Positions 13,401-26,163 of a stretch of DNA of 64,000 bases are shown piece after piece (within the stretch, counting starts at the first letter, position 1; each line of letters begins with the position of its first letter). The stretch lies in NCBI GenBank assembly GCA_047967505.1, contig CM106538.1; one strand, 5' to 3'. The notes under the pieces were generated by a model that was not told where the DNA came from, ran no database searches, and saw nothing but the letters and a program-made list of their open reading frames with translations. The translations under genes were made by a program, and so were the position numbers. The DNA comes from Dipteris shenzhenensis. Taxonomy: Eukaryota.

Positions 13401-16400
13401 TAGTTGGTGGTTTCCACCTGAATTGCTATGCCTTTCTGAGCATATGTCAATCTGACTGGAGGTCTGCTTTCCCTAGTAGACCGTCTGAGCTGTTGTGGCT
13501 CTGCTTGGGGTGTTGCTGGCAATTCTTGCTCTTCTTCATCAAAGTGTTCTGTAGATGACTGTGAAGTCGATGCTTCTATCTCCTGTGTAGGTGAGGTTTT
13601 CCATTCTGATTCCTCATCAAAGATTACATCTCTGGAGATAATGACCTTGTGGTTGATGGGATCATACAATTTGTATGCTTTGCTTTCTTCACTGTAGCCA
13701 ACCATGATGCATTTTCGTGACTTCGCATCCAATTTCCTGCGATGATCATGTATGTGAGCATATGCTATGCAACCAAATATGCGGAGATGCCCAATGCGTG
13801 GCTTGTGTCCAGTGAATGCTTCATAAGGAGTCATACCTTGTATCGGTTCGGTAGGAAGCCGATTAAGCAAGTAGTTAGCTGTAGCTATTGCTTCTGCCCA
13901 ATACTGATTTAGAAGATGCTTTTCACTAACCATTGCTCTAGCACTGTCTGCTAAAGTCCCATTCTTCCTTTCAGCTCTTGCATTCTGCTAAGGAGTATCT
14001 GCACATGTGAATTGTCTTCGAATGCCATGATTTCTGCAAAAGTTCATGTATGTTGAAGACACCTCTGTCTGATCTCATGACCTCGATCTTTCTGCCTGTT
14101 TGGTTTTCTACCATGGCTTTGAATTCTTGAAATCTGGAAAACACTTCAGACTTCTCTTTCAGAAAGTAGACCCAACAATATCTGCTATAGTCGTCGATGA
14201 AAGTCAAGCAGTAAAGTGAACCACTGATGCTGCGGGTCTGGGCATAACCCCATACATCTGTATGTATCAAATCAAGAATACCTCGTGCACGAGAGGTACT
14301 TCTGACAAAGTTGGTTCGCTTTTGTTTGCCAAAGCAGCATGCTTCGCAAACTTTTCCAAGAAACTGTAGCTTCGGAATCCCAATTGCCATATTCTGATTC
14401 TTGAGATCTAACAAGTACTTGAAGTTGACATAACCATATCTCTTGTGCCATTTTGCAGGTAGTGGCATCTGTTGCATTTGAGCTGACATGGCATGCTTAT
14501 CTGGTACTGTAACTAGCATTCTGTATAAGCGTCCTTCCTTGACACCTTTTGCTACCAGCTGACATCTTTTGGATTTGTCTCTGATACTGCATTCATCACC
14601 GTTGAAGATGACTTTGTAATTGTGTTCTGTCATTTGACCTACTGACAAAAGGTTCTTGCTGAGCTTTGGAACATAGAGCACATCTTTGACTTATCCTTTT
14701 GTACCAGTGAAATTGTTCATAGGGATAACACCTGTCCCTTGAACTGGATTCGGTGTATTATCTGCTGTGTAGATGACATTTTTATGACCTTCTAATGGCT
14801 TCATTTCTGTGAACCATTCCTGATGATTTGTCATATGAGATGATGCACCGCTGTCGATATACCAAGGATCCCGTTTCACTTAGTCGACTTGATAGCTGTA
14901 ATCCTCTTTGGGATTGAAATCAGTGTTTAGGTACACTGTATCGGTCTGATGCAATCCTCTTTGGGATTGAAATCAGTGTCTAGGTACACTGTATCGGTCT
15001 GATGCAATTTCTCGCTTGCAAGAAACATATTTCCATGTTCATTTGCAAAATGACTGTGACTAGAATGTCCACCACGATGATTTCCTCTGCCTCGGGAATT
15101 CCCTCGATTACTGTTGGATTGACCGCCTTGGTCGTACTGCTTCTTGCGGCAATCTCTTTCATAGTGTCCAAACTTGTGACAGTAGTTGCATTGAATGTTT
15201 GACACATTGGTGAATGCATTCCCTCGTCCTTGGAATCTTCCTCGATTGGAATGATTTCCTCTTTGCTGATTCTGATGTTGCTGATGCTGATTCTGACTTT
15301 GATTTTGTTGCTGATGACCACTTTTCTGGTATGATCTATCTCTGCTTCTTCTGAAGCTGTGAATACCTGATCATTAGAATGACCTTTACGTGCTTGAATT
15401 GCCGGAGTCCTGAGTTCTTCACCAAGTAGAACTGATTGAAGTTCTTCCAGTGTTGGAATTTGCCGTTGGGATGGCAATACTCTGGACTAGATTCTCATAT
15501 CCCTCTCCTAGTCCATTCAGGATTACTTGAACCATTTGTGCGGGATTCATAGTCTCTCCTGCTGCTGCAAGTTGATTGTTGTAGTCTTTTATGCGGAGTA
15601 CATAAGCATGACCGGTTTCATTGCTATTGCGGAAACTCTAGTTGATCTGGTTTCTCAGGGTGAGAATCCTGGATGTGTTCTTGGACTCGTAGAGAGCCGC
15701 GAACATATCCCATGCTTCTTTTGATGTCTTGACCGTGTTGAGTTGTCCTAGCATGACATCTTGCACATTTTGCTTGATTAGGTGATAGGCATACTTGTCT
15801 TTCTTATCCCATTCTGCTTGAGCTCGGGCAATGGAAGGATCTGCTACTGGTGCGGAAATTGTTTGTGTAGATGTAGATCCCGATGTAGATTCCGTTGCTG
15901 GTGGTGTGACAACAGATGGAGTAGAGCTACTGGTGGCTGGATTGTCCAATGGTCTAGGTGTAGACCCATCGACATACTCCCATTTGTCCTAAAGCACAAG
16001 AATGGTCTCCATTTGGTATTTCCATGTACCGTAATTGGAGTTGTCTAACTTAGCAGATGCCTCCAGATTGAGGTTGCTAGTCGACATGGTGCAAGAAATG
16101 TACTCAAAAGTGATGGAAGATCTCTGTATGAATCAACTGCAAATACACTGTCTATGCCAAGTGAAATCTCTGAATTGTCGGTGAAGATAGAACTGCAGTA
16201 TATGAAATTTGATATGTATTACAAGGCTTGTGGCAATGATGCCGGGAATAGCCAAGAGGCTTTACAAGGCTGAAATGATGTGCACGATGTCGTGAGATAG
16301 CCGAATAGGCTTTACAATGGTGGCATGTTGTGTGTGAAATCAAATGCTGTTTGCCCACTGAATCAATCTGCAATGCCTCTGAACTCTGAAGTCTGCTCAC

Positions 16401-19400
16401 TGAACTGATGAACGTAAGGTTTCAGGTAATGTAATGATGTGAAACCGTATGTGAGCGTATGGACTGACTCCGAGTAGGTACTAGTCGGGAATTTCGGGCA
16501 TGGCTTAGATTGGCAACTTGGGGAAATTCAAAGCATCCCCTCTATGGCGATCTAGTCTACTTTGATCTAGATCTAAACCAACCGTCGATCGATGAAAGAA
16601 TAGCAAATAATTCCTTTTCTTTTGTTCTTTTTAAGTGCTGGGTCAGATGCGTCGATGTAGAGGCAAATGTGCGTGAAGGAAGTGGTTTTGTCGGTGAGGC
16701 TCAAATGTGAGTGTAACTTGCGTCGAAATGTGTGCGTGATGTGACGAGCGCGTAGAGCACGAAAAAACGAGCGACTTTTCTTTTTGGAACGCCCTCAAAT
16801 TCTTCCTGGATCAAGAGATATGACTTGATCTAGGTGGAGGGGCAAAAGGAGTGCAAATGGTGCTCAATGGTGATGTATCACTGTGAGTCACATGCAGTGA
16901 TGATGTGGCACTGTGCCTAGCAAGAGATGTGCCAGTGGAGTCCTGTGCTGAGGTGGCAGGAGTGGTCACATGAAGTGACTGTGAAGCACTGTGTGTGCCT
17001 GCAAAGGTCAATGCTGACTGGACTGCTGAGGTGGCACTGTTGAGGTGGCAGAGGTGACGTGGCAGTGATGACGTGGCAAGATGACGTGTTTGTTGACGTG
17101 GCAGTCGGTGGTGACATGGCAATCGGTGACGTGGACTGTTGACGTGGCAGATAAGATGCCACGCGGAGGATAAGAGCTTGGGAAGATGCCACGTGTCGAG
17201 TAGCTATTTGCCACGTGTTGCTTGGAAGGAGGTCGACCGGAATCTTGCAAGGTCCTGACGGAATCTTCAAGATTCCATCGACGGAACGCCGTTTGGAGTC
17301 TGCTGTTGTGGCGTCGTTGCTGTTGCTTCTCGTGAAGCTTTGTTTGAGGCGGCTTTGAGAGGGTCCATGGAGCCTTGTTGCAGGGTTGAAGATTTCGTCC
17401 GTGTCGATGGAAGCCTGTCGTTTGAAGCGGATGCATTGTTGCACAGGTGCTGTCTGGGGCAGCTATTGATGATGGAGGCTAGTCGTTGTGCATCTCTAGG
17501 AGCTCGTTCGTCGCAAGGCCTCTTAGGCTTGCAGCGGTGCGGAGAACTGTGGCTTGGCCGTTGCTGGTTGTAGATGCACCGGCTGAACACTCCCACGAGC
17601 GCCCGTTGGCTGTTCTTGGAGTCGAAGTCCGGTTGGCTGTAGAGTTCGTAGCTGGAGGCGTGTGGGTTGGTGCGGCTTGGCTACTCGTCCGTGGCGCTTG
17701 GTGTTGCAGTGCTGATGGCTGGCGGGAGGCCCGTTGACGTTGCGAGCTTCTGGAGCGTGCTGAGTCGCCGATGATGCGTGCAATGTTAGAGCAGCCGGTC
17801 GTTGTAGGAGGCTTTTCTTAGTGTAGAGGCTATCGTTGTTGGGCTGGAGTAGGGCTGGAGTAGTCGGCTGGAAGATGACTGTTGGAGAAGCTTCTTGAGC
17901 TGGTGGACGTCGTCGGCACTGGCAGTCAGTGTATTGAAGGAGCCGGCGAGCTATTGTGAGCTAGGAGCGTTGGAGTCGTAGGAGCCTATATATGCTGTAC
18001 ATGGGTTGTTAGAGCGCTGCTACTACGAGTTGTAGGCTATGGTGCTGAAGTGGTTGTAGCACTTTGGAGGAGCTTTAGTCTTGATGTGGAGGTCTCCTTG
18101 AGAGGCCTTGAAGACCGTATGAAGACGATGTCTGAGTGGAAGGACAAGGCCGAGGAGCCCTCAATCTACCTCCTCTATTTCTCTCAATGGATTATGAAGA
18201 ACTCTCCCTATTTTTCTCACAAAGGATCTCTCTCCCTCAACTGAAATCGAAGAACAATACAAGGAATCACTCAATCTCACATAGACGGAAATCTCTCTCA
18301 ATGAACGGAAATTTCTATCAAAGAAATGAAAGGTGGTCTCTTACCGGAAGTGGACTCTCACGGAGAACACTCAAGAGAACTCTCAATCTCACAATCTCTC
18401 TCACACTCTCAAGAATCGCAATGCCTCAGCGGAAGGCAAGGAAGCTCTGATACCATGACAAAATATGAAGAGGGGAGAGGAGAAGAGTGGAGATGAGGAG
18501 AGAGGGCACAACTAGAGAGCACACCACAAATGACTAACTGTACACTAGATTTAGTTGAAAAAATAGAATATATACAAACCCTTTTAGGGTTAGGGTTAGG
18601 GGATCTAACCCTTTCCTTTATAGCACTCTATAAGGTTAGTGCTATGCACATATGATCACGTGATGGTGCTATGCACACATGATCACATGATGTTGACCGT
18701 GAACTCTCAACACCATGGTGTGTAGATTGAATAAGGCACTCTATGGGCTGAAACAGGCTCCCCAAGTTTTCTTTGATGACTACTTCCCACATATTGGTCT
18801 TTCTCAAAGTCCATTGGATGCAAACCTGTACCTCCATTTAGAGGGGGACATGAGAATGATGGTGATACTCTATGTGGATGATCTTATCTTGAGAAGGGAT
18901 CCCAACAACAAGATAGGGAATGCAAATACTCTCTTGTATGAAGAATATTGGACCTTGGTCTGTTGCATTACTTTTTGGAGGAGGAAGAGAAGACTTTCTT
19001 TCATTCTTCAAGAAGTACTGCGAGAGTCTAAAACGTTTCCAAATGGAAAACTGCAAGGAGGGAGTGATACTCATGGAAGTCGGGAGCGAACTCAGCAAAT
19101 ATGATGTTTCTACGCTGGTGTATTCGACCAAGTATTGACAAGTTGTGGATGAGCTTACTCTACCTCACAAAACACTCATCCCAACATTTGATTCTTAGTG
19201 GGACTAATTTTCCAATTCTCATCAAAACTCTGAGAGAATTATTGGCAAGCTTGTTTGCAGGTTTTATGCTTCTTGAAGTGTGCCCATCCAACTGCCGGTC
19301 AACCGGAATTGTGGGCAACACTGGAATTCTAGTCTTGTTCTCAGCCATCTCAATCAAAGTCACCATGTCGGAGTGAAGAGGACGATGAACTGAAAGAGAA

Positions 19401-22400
19401 GGTGGATGGGATGGAAGGAACTGAGGCTTGAAGAAAGGAGAAGGTTTAAGATGAGGATGAAGGGGCTGACAGCCCAGACCGAACTGCTCCACTGGATGCA
19501 CTGCTGAAGAACTGCTCCAGCTCCAAAAGATGCTCTAACAAGGAGTGAGGGGGGGCCTATATATAGCCCCTCACCCTGCTCCAGTCAGCTACACCATGCA
19601 GGCCGACTCATTGCCCCTATGTGGGCCAACTCCAGCTCATAGGGCTGGGCACACAGCCCTATAAAAGGGCACCTAGGGGGCCGAGGCCTTGCAGCATATG
19701 GGCCGACCAGGCCAGGTGGGCTGACCCACCTAAAGGGCTGCCTACTGCCCTATAAGGAGGGATCAAGCCCCACAGCTCATCGCTAGCAAGGTGGCCGACC
19801 TACAGGTCGTCCCACCCTCTGCTTCACAGCCCAGACAAAAGGCCCATTAAGGCGCCTAAGAGCAGCGAGGCATACCTCCCCACACAGCCCTGCACCCCTC
19901 TTGGGAACCTCTGTGCCCTATGTGGCAACACGAGGCACTAGAAAGCCAGACTAACCTACTCTCACTGTGGGGGTGCACCCACAACAGAGGCCCTCACTCT
20001 CGACCCTGGCCTCAATCACTAGGCGGGCACACCCCCAATCAAGGCCCTCTCTCTCTAAGGTGACATCAGGGATGTTGACCTCCAACAACAACATATGTTG
20101 GTCGTGTTGAAGAGACTTAGGCCTCCTAGTGGATCCTAGTTGGACCAACATGAGATGAGATGATAGGAATCAATTCCCAAATAAACATGGAGTGTATTCT
20201 TGCCTCGACTTCTAGTTGTGACATTAAATTCTTAGATGAGATGCTTCTGGATTTCCTATTAGGGGTATTTTTTTTGTAAGGGGCACCCTTGATTTGGTCT
20301 CATGGTGCTCTAGATACCTCTAAACTCCCTATCAGGGGGAGGGGAAGGGGCGGTCACATGATGTTATTCGATGTGGTCTCATAGCCCCCCTTGGCCTTCC
20401 ACATACATTAATATTGCCCCCTTTCCCTCGACAAATGATGGCCTCCTTGTCCTTCCATGGATGTTAATAAACCTCTCTCTCTCTCTCTCTCTCCCCCCCC
20501 CCCCTTGTTTGATCCGCTTAGCCGGCATGTATGGCACTGCATGCAGCTTGATCTATCAAAGGTGGATTGGGCCCGAAAGGAGAGACTTCAAGTTCTCTTA
20601 TTCGCACTGTGTCAGGGATTTTGGCTCATTGACCTCAGGTTGATGCATGTTACCTTGGTTGGACTTATTTGCATCCATGACATTAGTAGTTGAGGTATTG
20701 GTATGCTCGTACATACAGATGGTTTTCGAGCCTGGGACTCCACGTGGTCAGATTGCCCCCTTTTAGTATGTCGTTGAGGCCCCTCTATTCCTCTCACCTA
20801 TTATAAGGCTAACCAGGTCATTCGAGAGGATCTCATACAGCTACACACATATAGGATTGATTAGCCCCTAGCGAGCTTGGTGTGAAGCTCAGCTTGGACA
20901 GATATCACTGTCTACGGATATCAGAGAAGGGCTTTTTCAATCCACTAGGCTACACACAAATCCACCATCTCCTCTCTTTGAGAATTTTGCTCGGGCAGTT
21001 TTGTGTTTCCTCACATTGATTATGCATTGAGACTAGACAGACTGAGGGCATACCTAAAGAGGGAGGCATCTGCACCCTATGTGATCTACAAGAGATAGAG
21101 TCCCAAGAATACTTTGCTTTCGAATGCCTTGTGTTACCTGTACTATGTAATCCGAGGCCATCATCTCTGTCTCTTTAGAGATGGATTTGGACCCCTTTCC
21201 AATATTTTGGTTCACCCAGATTAGAGATGTTTGGCAATCTTCATTCATGAGGCTGTACAACACAGAGACCAGTTGCTTAGGACACATAGATAGGGAGATC
21301 AGCCAGACTCCACCTAGAGCTTGATCACCGAGTTTTTCTAGCCAAATAGCATGAACCAGCAGCCCCTAGGTAGATAGCGTAGCAGAGGCCTGAAGCGAGA
21401 GATATGATAGGCTCGTCACTGTGTCGATGCATAGATGAGGGGTTGAGGATCTTCCCTCCACGTTCGCTAGACTTGGAACACAGCCGATGGGGGTGTTATT
21501 GGCACTTTTCGGCAAACTCTAAGGTATCATGGTGTAGACCATGGCAGATCATAGAGATTGACCGATAGGAGTGCCCTACCACAGGTTTCATGCCACCGCA
21601 GCATTGATCACGACAGGAGTCTCTTTACCCATTCTTAGTCACCTGGTGGACTTGGTCCCTCTGACAACATGTAGAGGACCGTGATAGTAATATTACATTG
21701 CAGATTTTTCTATCCTCTCCATAGGTTCAAATACTTTGTATTAATGTTCTCTCTTGTATTTGTCTTGGGTGCAGATGCCCACTTCCATTCAGCTCATTAT
21801 TTTTCAGTCTCATAGACCCTTCGGTCCTTCAAAGACTTTAATAAACTTTCTTCTTCTTCTCTCTCTCTCTCTCTCTCCTGTACCCGTCTTTTCCCACACA
21901 ACACCCCACAACCCACTGCCACCACACCCCTTTATTTTTGCTTCTCTTTCTATTTCTCTAGTTCCTTAGTTCTTCTTCTTTGCCTTGCATTTGGGTGGGT
22001 TGGATCTTTGGCCTAGTATGCATCGAGTTTACCCAAGAGACTTAGTAATCTAGTAAAAAATCTAGATGGAATATATTGCTTGGGTAGTGATTCGAGTCAT
22101 GCGACCATAAATTTTCTTTCTACTCTCAACCCTATTTCATGCTTGAAGGTGCCGTAAGTTTGTGAAAATCCCCATTTTTTGTGAGATTTCTTGGGGTCAT
22201 GCCATCTAGCATTATTCCTAGGATATTGGTTGTCTGAGCCATCATGTTGGAATGCAGCTCTTGTTGTGCATGATAACTTTCAAATTTGAAATGTGAGCGA
22301 AAGGGCATCCTCAGCAAGCTGTTAGCCTTATATGCATTGTCACGTTCTCTTCTTTGAAGGAAAGAGAGGATCCATTTTTTTCTTAGTGGCTTGTTGAATA

Positions 22401-25400
22401 TCATTGGCTGTGTGTTGCCCTATGGCCTACCTTTTCTAGGACTTTTTGCTTGCAGCTTTTGTGAGCCAGGCTGTAATCCCCTCGGTGAAACACTTGACCT
22501 GCGTGCCAAAGTTGCGTTATGATCACTTGAGATGCGAACAGAGGTTAGGCAGCTGTTGAAACGGCAAATTGGGGATGATAATTTCTTGATGATGTAATAT
22601 ACGACTGTCTGCGAAACAGTGCCAACTAGAAATAATAATCTATGCTGGACGATGTGGGATAACCAAAGTTAAAAGCTAACTATGCCAAACATCCACAACC
22701 ATGCTGTAGGAATCACCCTATCATTCTATGATATTTGTACGAGTTGACATTCCTGGACCATGCTCCCATCTCGCTTTACCTAATATTTGATGGCAACTGA
22801 CTACAAACTAGGCCATCTTGGATTGCGGATGAAGATTGAGATCAATCTAATATTTGAATCTTTGGAGAGACTTAATGATGGGCTAGGTAAGACTGATGGT
22901 CAAGTGTGAATATCAATGAAAACCCATCGAAAGCAAGGGGTCCAATAGATACCCAGACAAGGAGTACAATGGCAGATAGTTTAATGCATAAGCTGCTTGC
23001 AGGACTGATCTTGTGGTAAGAAATTACATACAACTAGCTTGCACATGAGTGGTATGCATCTGTGGATCTTTACGACAAAGTCCTCTCTCTGATGGTCATA
23101 GGATCATGGTGTTCCATGCCATTAATCATGTATAGCACCTGTCCTGTTAACTTGTAGTCGTGTAGGGATACTAAGCCTATCCCATGCAACCTCCCTCAAG
23201 TCACCAACAAGAAGCACTTTAAGCAAAATAGAAGTCCAGAACCTTTGTGACTATCACTACCATACGAAGATAAGTACGCACCTGTAAAGTTCAGCTATAT
23301 ACTTTTTAATGCCTCTCCGGCCTCTAAATGTACTAACCCTTACGTAATTAAGGGAGTTTGAATGCTCTTTTCTATGCAAAAAGTTTTCTATAATATCAAG
23401 ATCTTCTATTCGAATAAAGTTTCCTAAACATCATATATGTAATGATGACAAGCTATATATCATTTTCATATAAGAATTTTCTTTAATGCCTAGAACACTC
23501 CTAAAATTTAAGAATCATAGGGACACCAGACTGAATGCCTCTAACAATGATTGTTATGTTTTTGGTTTTTCCTCTGTAGACAATTAACTCTAAAAAGCCC
23601 CCTCCAAAAGGCTTCCAAAAGAGTACATCTTTTGTGTAAACCTTGTAGGCTACCAAGACGGGATGATTGAGAAAGAGACTCAAAAAAGGTGTATGTAGAA
23701 TGATAAAGTTTTTGTTTCTCAGGCATAAGTACCTTCTATTTTGAAAAGCCTCTTTATGTTGTTTTCTAAATTCATCAATATTTACCAAAGTCTTGCATCC
23801 TAGCTGTAATGGGTCCACATATATGAAGACTTGTGAGCCTGAGGGTGAAGCTATCTTTCAATGCCTGAGAAGCCTGCCTTGGGAAGCCTCTCCTATCAGA
23901 GAAACCAAACTAACTTCCTGGTGCATTAGCAGCAACCACGTCATTGTGCACACCAATAACTTCGATATTGAGGAACGACAGTCTCAATTTCATCAATTTA
24001 GAGCACATCAGAGCAAGTGAAGGCTTCCTTAGCCTGAGGTCGACTTGAGATTGAATTTCTTCAAGCTCACCTATTGAGATTCGGACTCTTGGAGGCTGAA
24101 GGTGGATCTGCACCAAAACTTGAACATTCATGTGATCATTTTTTATGGAAACATCACTTGCAGTCTTTTGAATGCAGTAAACGACTTAATTCTTTCTGCT
24201 CAACAAGGAGGAATTCATCCAGTTTATAGGACAATGTATTTTTTTGATTTTTGTTGAGATCTGGAACTGATCAAGAAAGAGCCACCTTCCTTCTCCTAAA
24301 TTACTTCTTGGTTTCCTTTGCTGATGACAGGTGGACCAATCCATCAAGAAACTTGTTCTTAGAGGATTTTAGTTGATAAATATCCCTTCTGAGATACAGG
24401 AATCGTTGGTGTGGCCGGTATAGGAGTAATCTAAGAATCATTTTCATTCTGTAAGACTTAACTGACATAACAATGTTTCTATAACCTGCTGTCTCAAATC
24501 ATTTTTCCATGTCTATTCTTTCCTGTTCTGTGAGCACTGTCCTGGACTCTCTTTTTTTCTCTTTCCCGAGATGAAGTTCTTTATGAAGGCTTATCAGGTC
24601 CAGCATCCTTGAGAGACATGAGGAGTGCACGATCTATCAAAATTTTTTGTTTCAGTATCTCAGAAAGTTGGCCTTCAATGTTATCTGGAGCTCCAGTTGC
24701 ATGCTTGAAGACATTTCTTTGTTAATTCCTCTGTAATGGAGTGTTATATCTTAAGGCTGGTGGAAGCACTAATGAAGTTTGCCTAAAAAATTTCCACATG
24801 CTAGATCCTGTGATGAAATCTCAAACTTTGTTTCTCCAAATGTCATGTTTCCCTGTTTACATTAACTTCTGTCCAAGCTATGATATCTAAATAGCTTTTA
24901 GTCAAACCAAATGTTACAATGCTGAGAGGACTCCATCAGTTTGCAACTGGTTTACCACTTACCTTATCGCTGTTGAGACAACTGAAAGCATTGCGCTGTG
25001 TCTTATGTTTTGATTGTAACCTTGCAAAAAATTATTCCTGGCAGGTTGATTGATGCACATGACACATGTATATATGCAGAAATCCGAACAAGAATTCCTG
25101 ATACAATCCCAAGGGACTACAGCGTAGAAGATGAGAGTGCTGGGGTTCCTCCAAGTTTTGCAGTAAAGGTAGAAATCATGGACAACATCTCATGTCTCAT
25201 GCTTCTTTCCTCATTCTCTGACTTGGCTATTGAAACTGTCATGCCTTGGTTATTTGTGGAGCATTGTTTCATGTGTCAAGCATTGGCTGTTTTTTGCTTT
25301 AGCATTCTTTGAATTAAAAAAACTTGCTGCAGTCTATTGCTCTCAAAGAAGCCATCGATGATTTAGAATGGCCAGGATCAAGCATTCAAATTACCATATG

Positions 25401-26163
25401 TCCCGAACCCCCAAGTGTGATGTTTAGGGGCGAGGGGCATGGAGATCTGCAGGTAGGCAAGCAGCTTTGGTAATTGTACTCTGTTGATGCTCTAGCCTTT
25501 ATTTCAGAGAAACAATACATTTTCTGTATGCGAAACAGTTAATTTTGTTCTAGGTTTTCTGTCTTTCAAACAGATCGATTTCCTTTACAATGCACAAGCG
25601 GATTTGTTCATTGCATTTCAATGTGATCGCCGTATCTCTTACAAGTGAGTTATAGCTCTTGAATCTGGTACATTTTTTTTCTAGGTGGACTCATTAAGGG
25701 CATGCTTGTGAAAATAGAAAGAACAAAAAGAAATAAAGAAGGGGCATGCCTGCTAAACTTTTAGGGCTTTTAGAGGGGTTTGAATCGCAAAGTTTGATAT
25801 TGGGGAGTTTACAATCTCAATAAAGGGCATAGGAAAAAGCGACCGGAGATCTGTATACTCTGGATTTATCTGGCATTCTTAAATCATTGTTTCTTTGAAC
25901 CTTTGTATGTCACTAGATACAAATACAAATTTTTACGAGCAACAACTGCAAGTATTCCTGGAAACATACTGAAGGATAACCGGGGAAGCAAGCTGACTAT
26001 AGGACGAATGGGCTTGTTGAAAGTTCAGCATTTGATTCCTGTTCGACTTACACCTGCGCAGCAACAGCAGATGGATCCTGCTAACAACCAGCAGCAAAGC
26101 CGTGTGTCGTACATTGAATTTTATGTGATGCCAGAAGAAGACGGTGATACAGAGGGCTCATAA
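1361..26163 (+). CDS. RAD1: Cell-cycle checkpoint protein RAD1 (9-1-1 clamp subunit), 5'-partial; join(1361..1450,1718..1872,25045..25168,25333..25452,25574..25644,25917..26163)
   Basis: The spliced translation [86 protein letters not shown]../[30 protein letters not shown]../[34 protein letters not shown] matches plant RAD1 as I recall it. All introns are GT-AG with compatible phases, and there are no internal stops. Confidence 0.93.
1718..1872 (+). CDS. RAD1: RAD1 exon preceding the 23-kb intron
   Basis: tgcag|CTCTTC...TTGAA|gtac; 155 nt, phase 2; [13 protein letters not shown] and [11 protein letters not shown] motifs. Confidence 0.9.
2400..4660. mobile_element. GC-rich non-coding retroelement relic(s), probably LTR-derived
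   Basis: GC-rich, internally repetitive (gcccatgtggcagcc, ggccc motifs), TATA-like cctatttatagg / ccttttataggg, and similar in style to 19279-20358. No recognisable protein domain; ends not resolved. Confidence 0.35.
4892..5130 (-). repeat. 3' LTR of copia 1
   Basis: Direct repeat of 10592-10843, adjacent to the PPT. Confidence 0.95.
5258..9538 (-). pseudogene. copia 1 gag-pol, fragmented
   Basis: KLDGTNY gag start, CNYC knuckle, [10 protein letters not shown] protease, ERKNR integrase, LHGDLQEEV / [11 protein letters not shown] / [17 protein letters not shown] RNase H; many stops and frameshifts. Confidence 0.93.
10592..10843 (-). repeat. 5' LTR of copia 1
   Basis: Direct repeat of 4892-5130, adjacent to the PBS. 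Confidence 0.95.
11478..11734 (-). repeat. 3' LTR of copia 2
   Basis: Direct repeat of 18456-18712. Confidence 0.96.
11813..16087 (-). pseudogene. copia 2 gag-pol, fragmented
   Basis: [14 protein letters not shown] knuckle, [12 protein letters not shown] protease, CEAC..HTDVWG integrase, [10 protein letters not shown] / [18 protein letters not shown] RNase H. Confidence 0.94.
18456..18712 (-). repeat. 5' LTR of copia 2
   Basis: Direct repeat of 11478-11734, adjacent to the PBS. Confidence 0.96.
19279..20358. mobile_element. Putative solo LTR (~1.08 kb)
   Basis: TGTG...CACA ends, near-TSD TGAAG/TGATG, central cctatatatagccc TATA-like box; interrupts a collinear copia RT relic. Confidence 0.55.
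25045..25168 (+). CDS. RAD1: RAD1 exon following the 23-kb intron
   Basis: ggcag|GTTGATT...GTAAAG|gtaga. The first G completes the AA|G Lys codon; [14 protein letters not shown]. Confidence 0.9.
25333..25452 (+). CDS. RAD1: RAD1 exon
   Basis: tgcag|TCTATT...CTGCAG|gtagg; [40 protein letters not shown]. Confidence 0.93.
25574..25644 (+). CDS. RAD1: RAD1 exon
   Basis: aacag|ATCGAT...TACAA|gtgagt; [23 protein letters not shown]. Confidence 0.9.
25917..26163 (+). CDS. RAD1: RAD1 terminal coding exon
   Basis: actag|ATACAAA...[54 protein letters not shown]. Confidence 0.92.

Larger units (their letters stand above)
11478..18712 (-). mobile_element. Ty1/copia LTR retrotransposon 2, full length, long 5' leader
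   Basis: 257-bp LTRs 11478-11734 and 18456-18712 (2 differences by eye); TSD CCATG (11473-11477, 18713-18717); PBS ending 18455; PPT ccttccctc at 11735. Confidence 0.97.
11230..20390 (+). mobile_element. Old + strand copia RT relic split by later insertions (pieces ~11230-11477, 18713-19278, ~20359-20390)
   Basis: [15 protein letters not shown] before 11477 continues as [16 protein letters not shown]...ILYVDDLIL after 18713. [15 protein letters not shown] at ~19234-19278 appears to continue as VIRCGLI after 20359. Confidence 0.8.

Noticed and set aside
16811-17783. Overlapping ORFs in the copia 2 leader (possible extra or env-like ORF)
   Set aside because: Low-complexity translations of a GC-rich motif array; upstream of gag with no consistent frame.
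22400-24850. Possible LINE ORF1/endonuclease relic in the RAD1 intron
   Set aside because: Only faint, non-diagnostic similarities; cannot be supported by eye.
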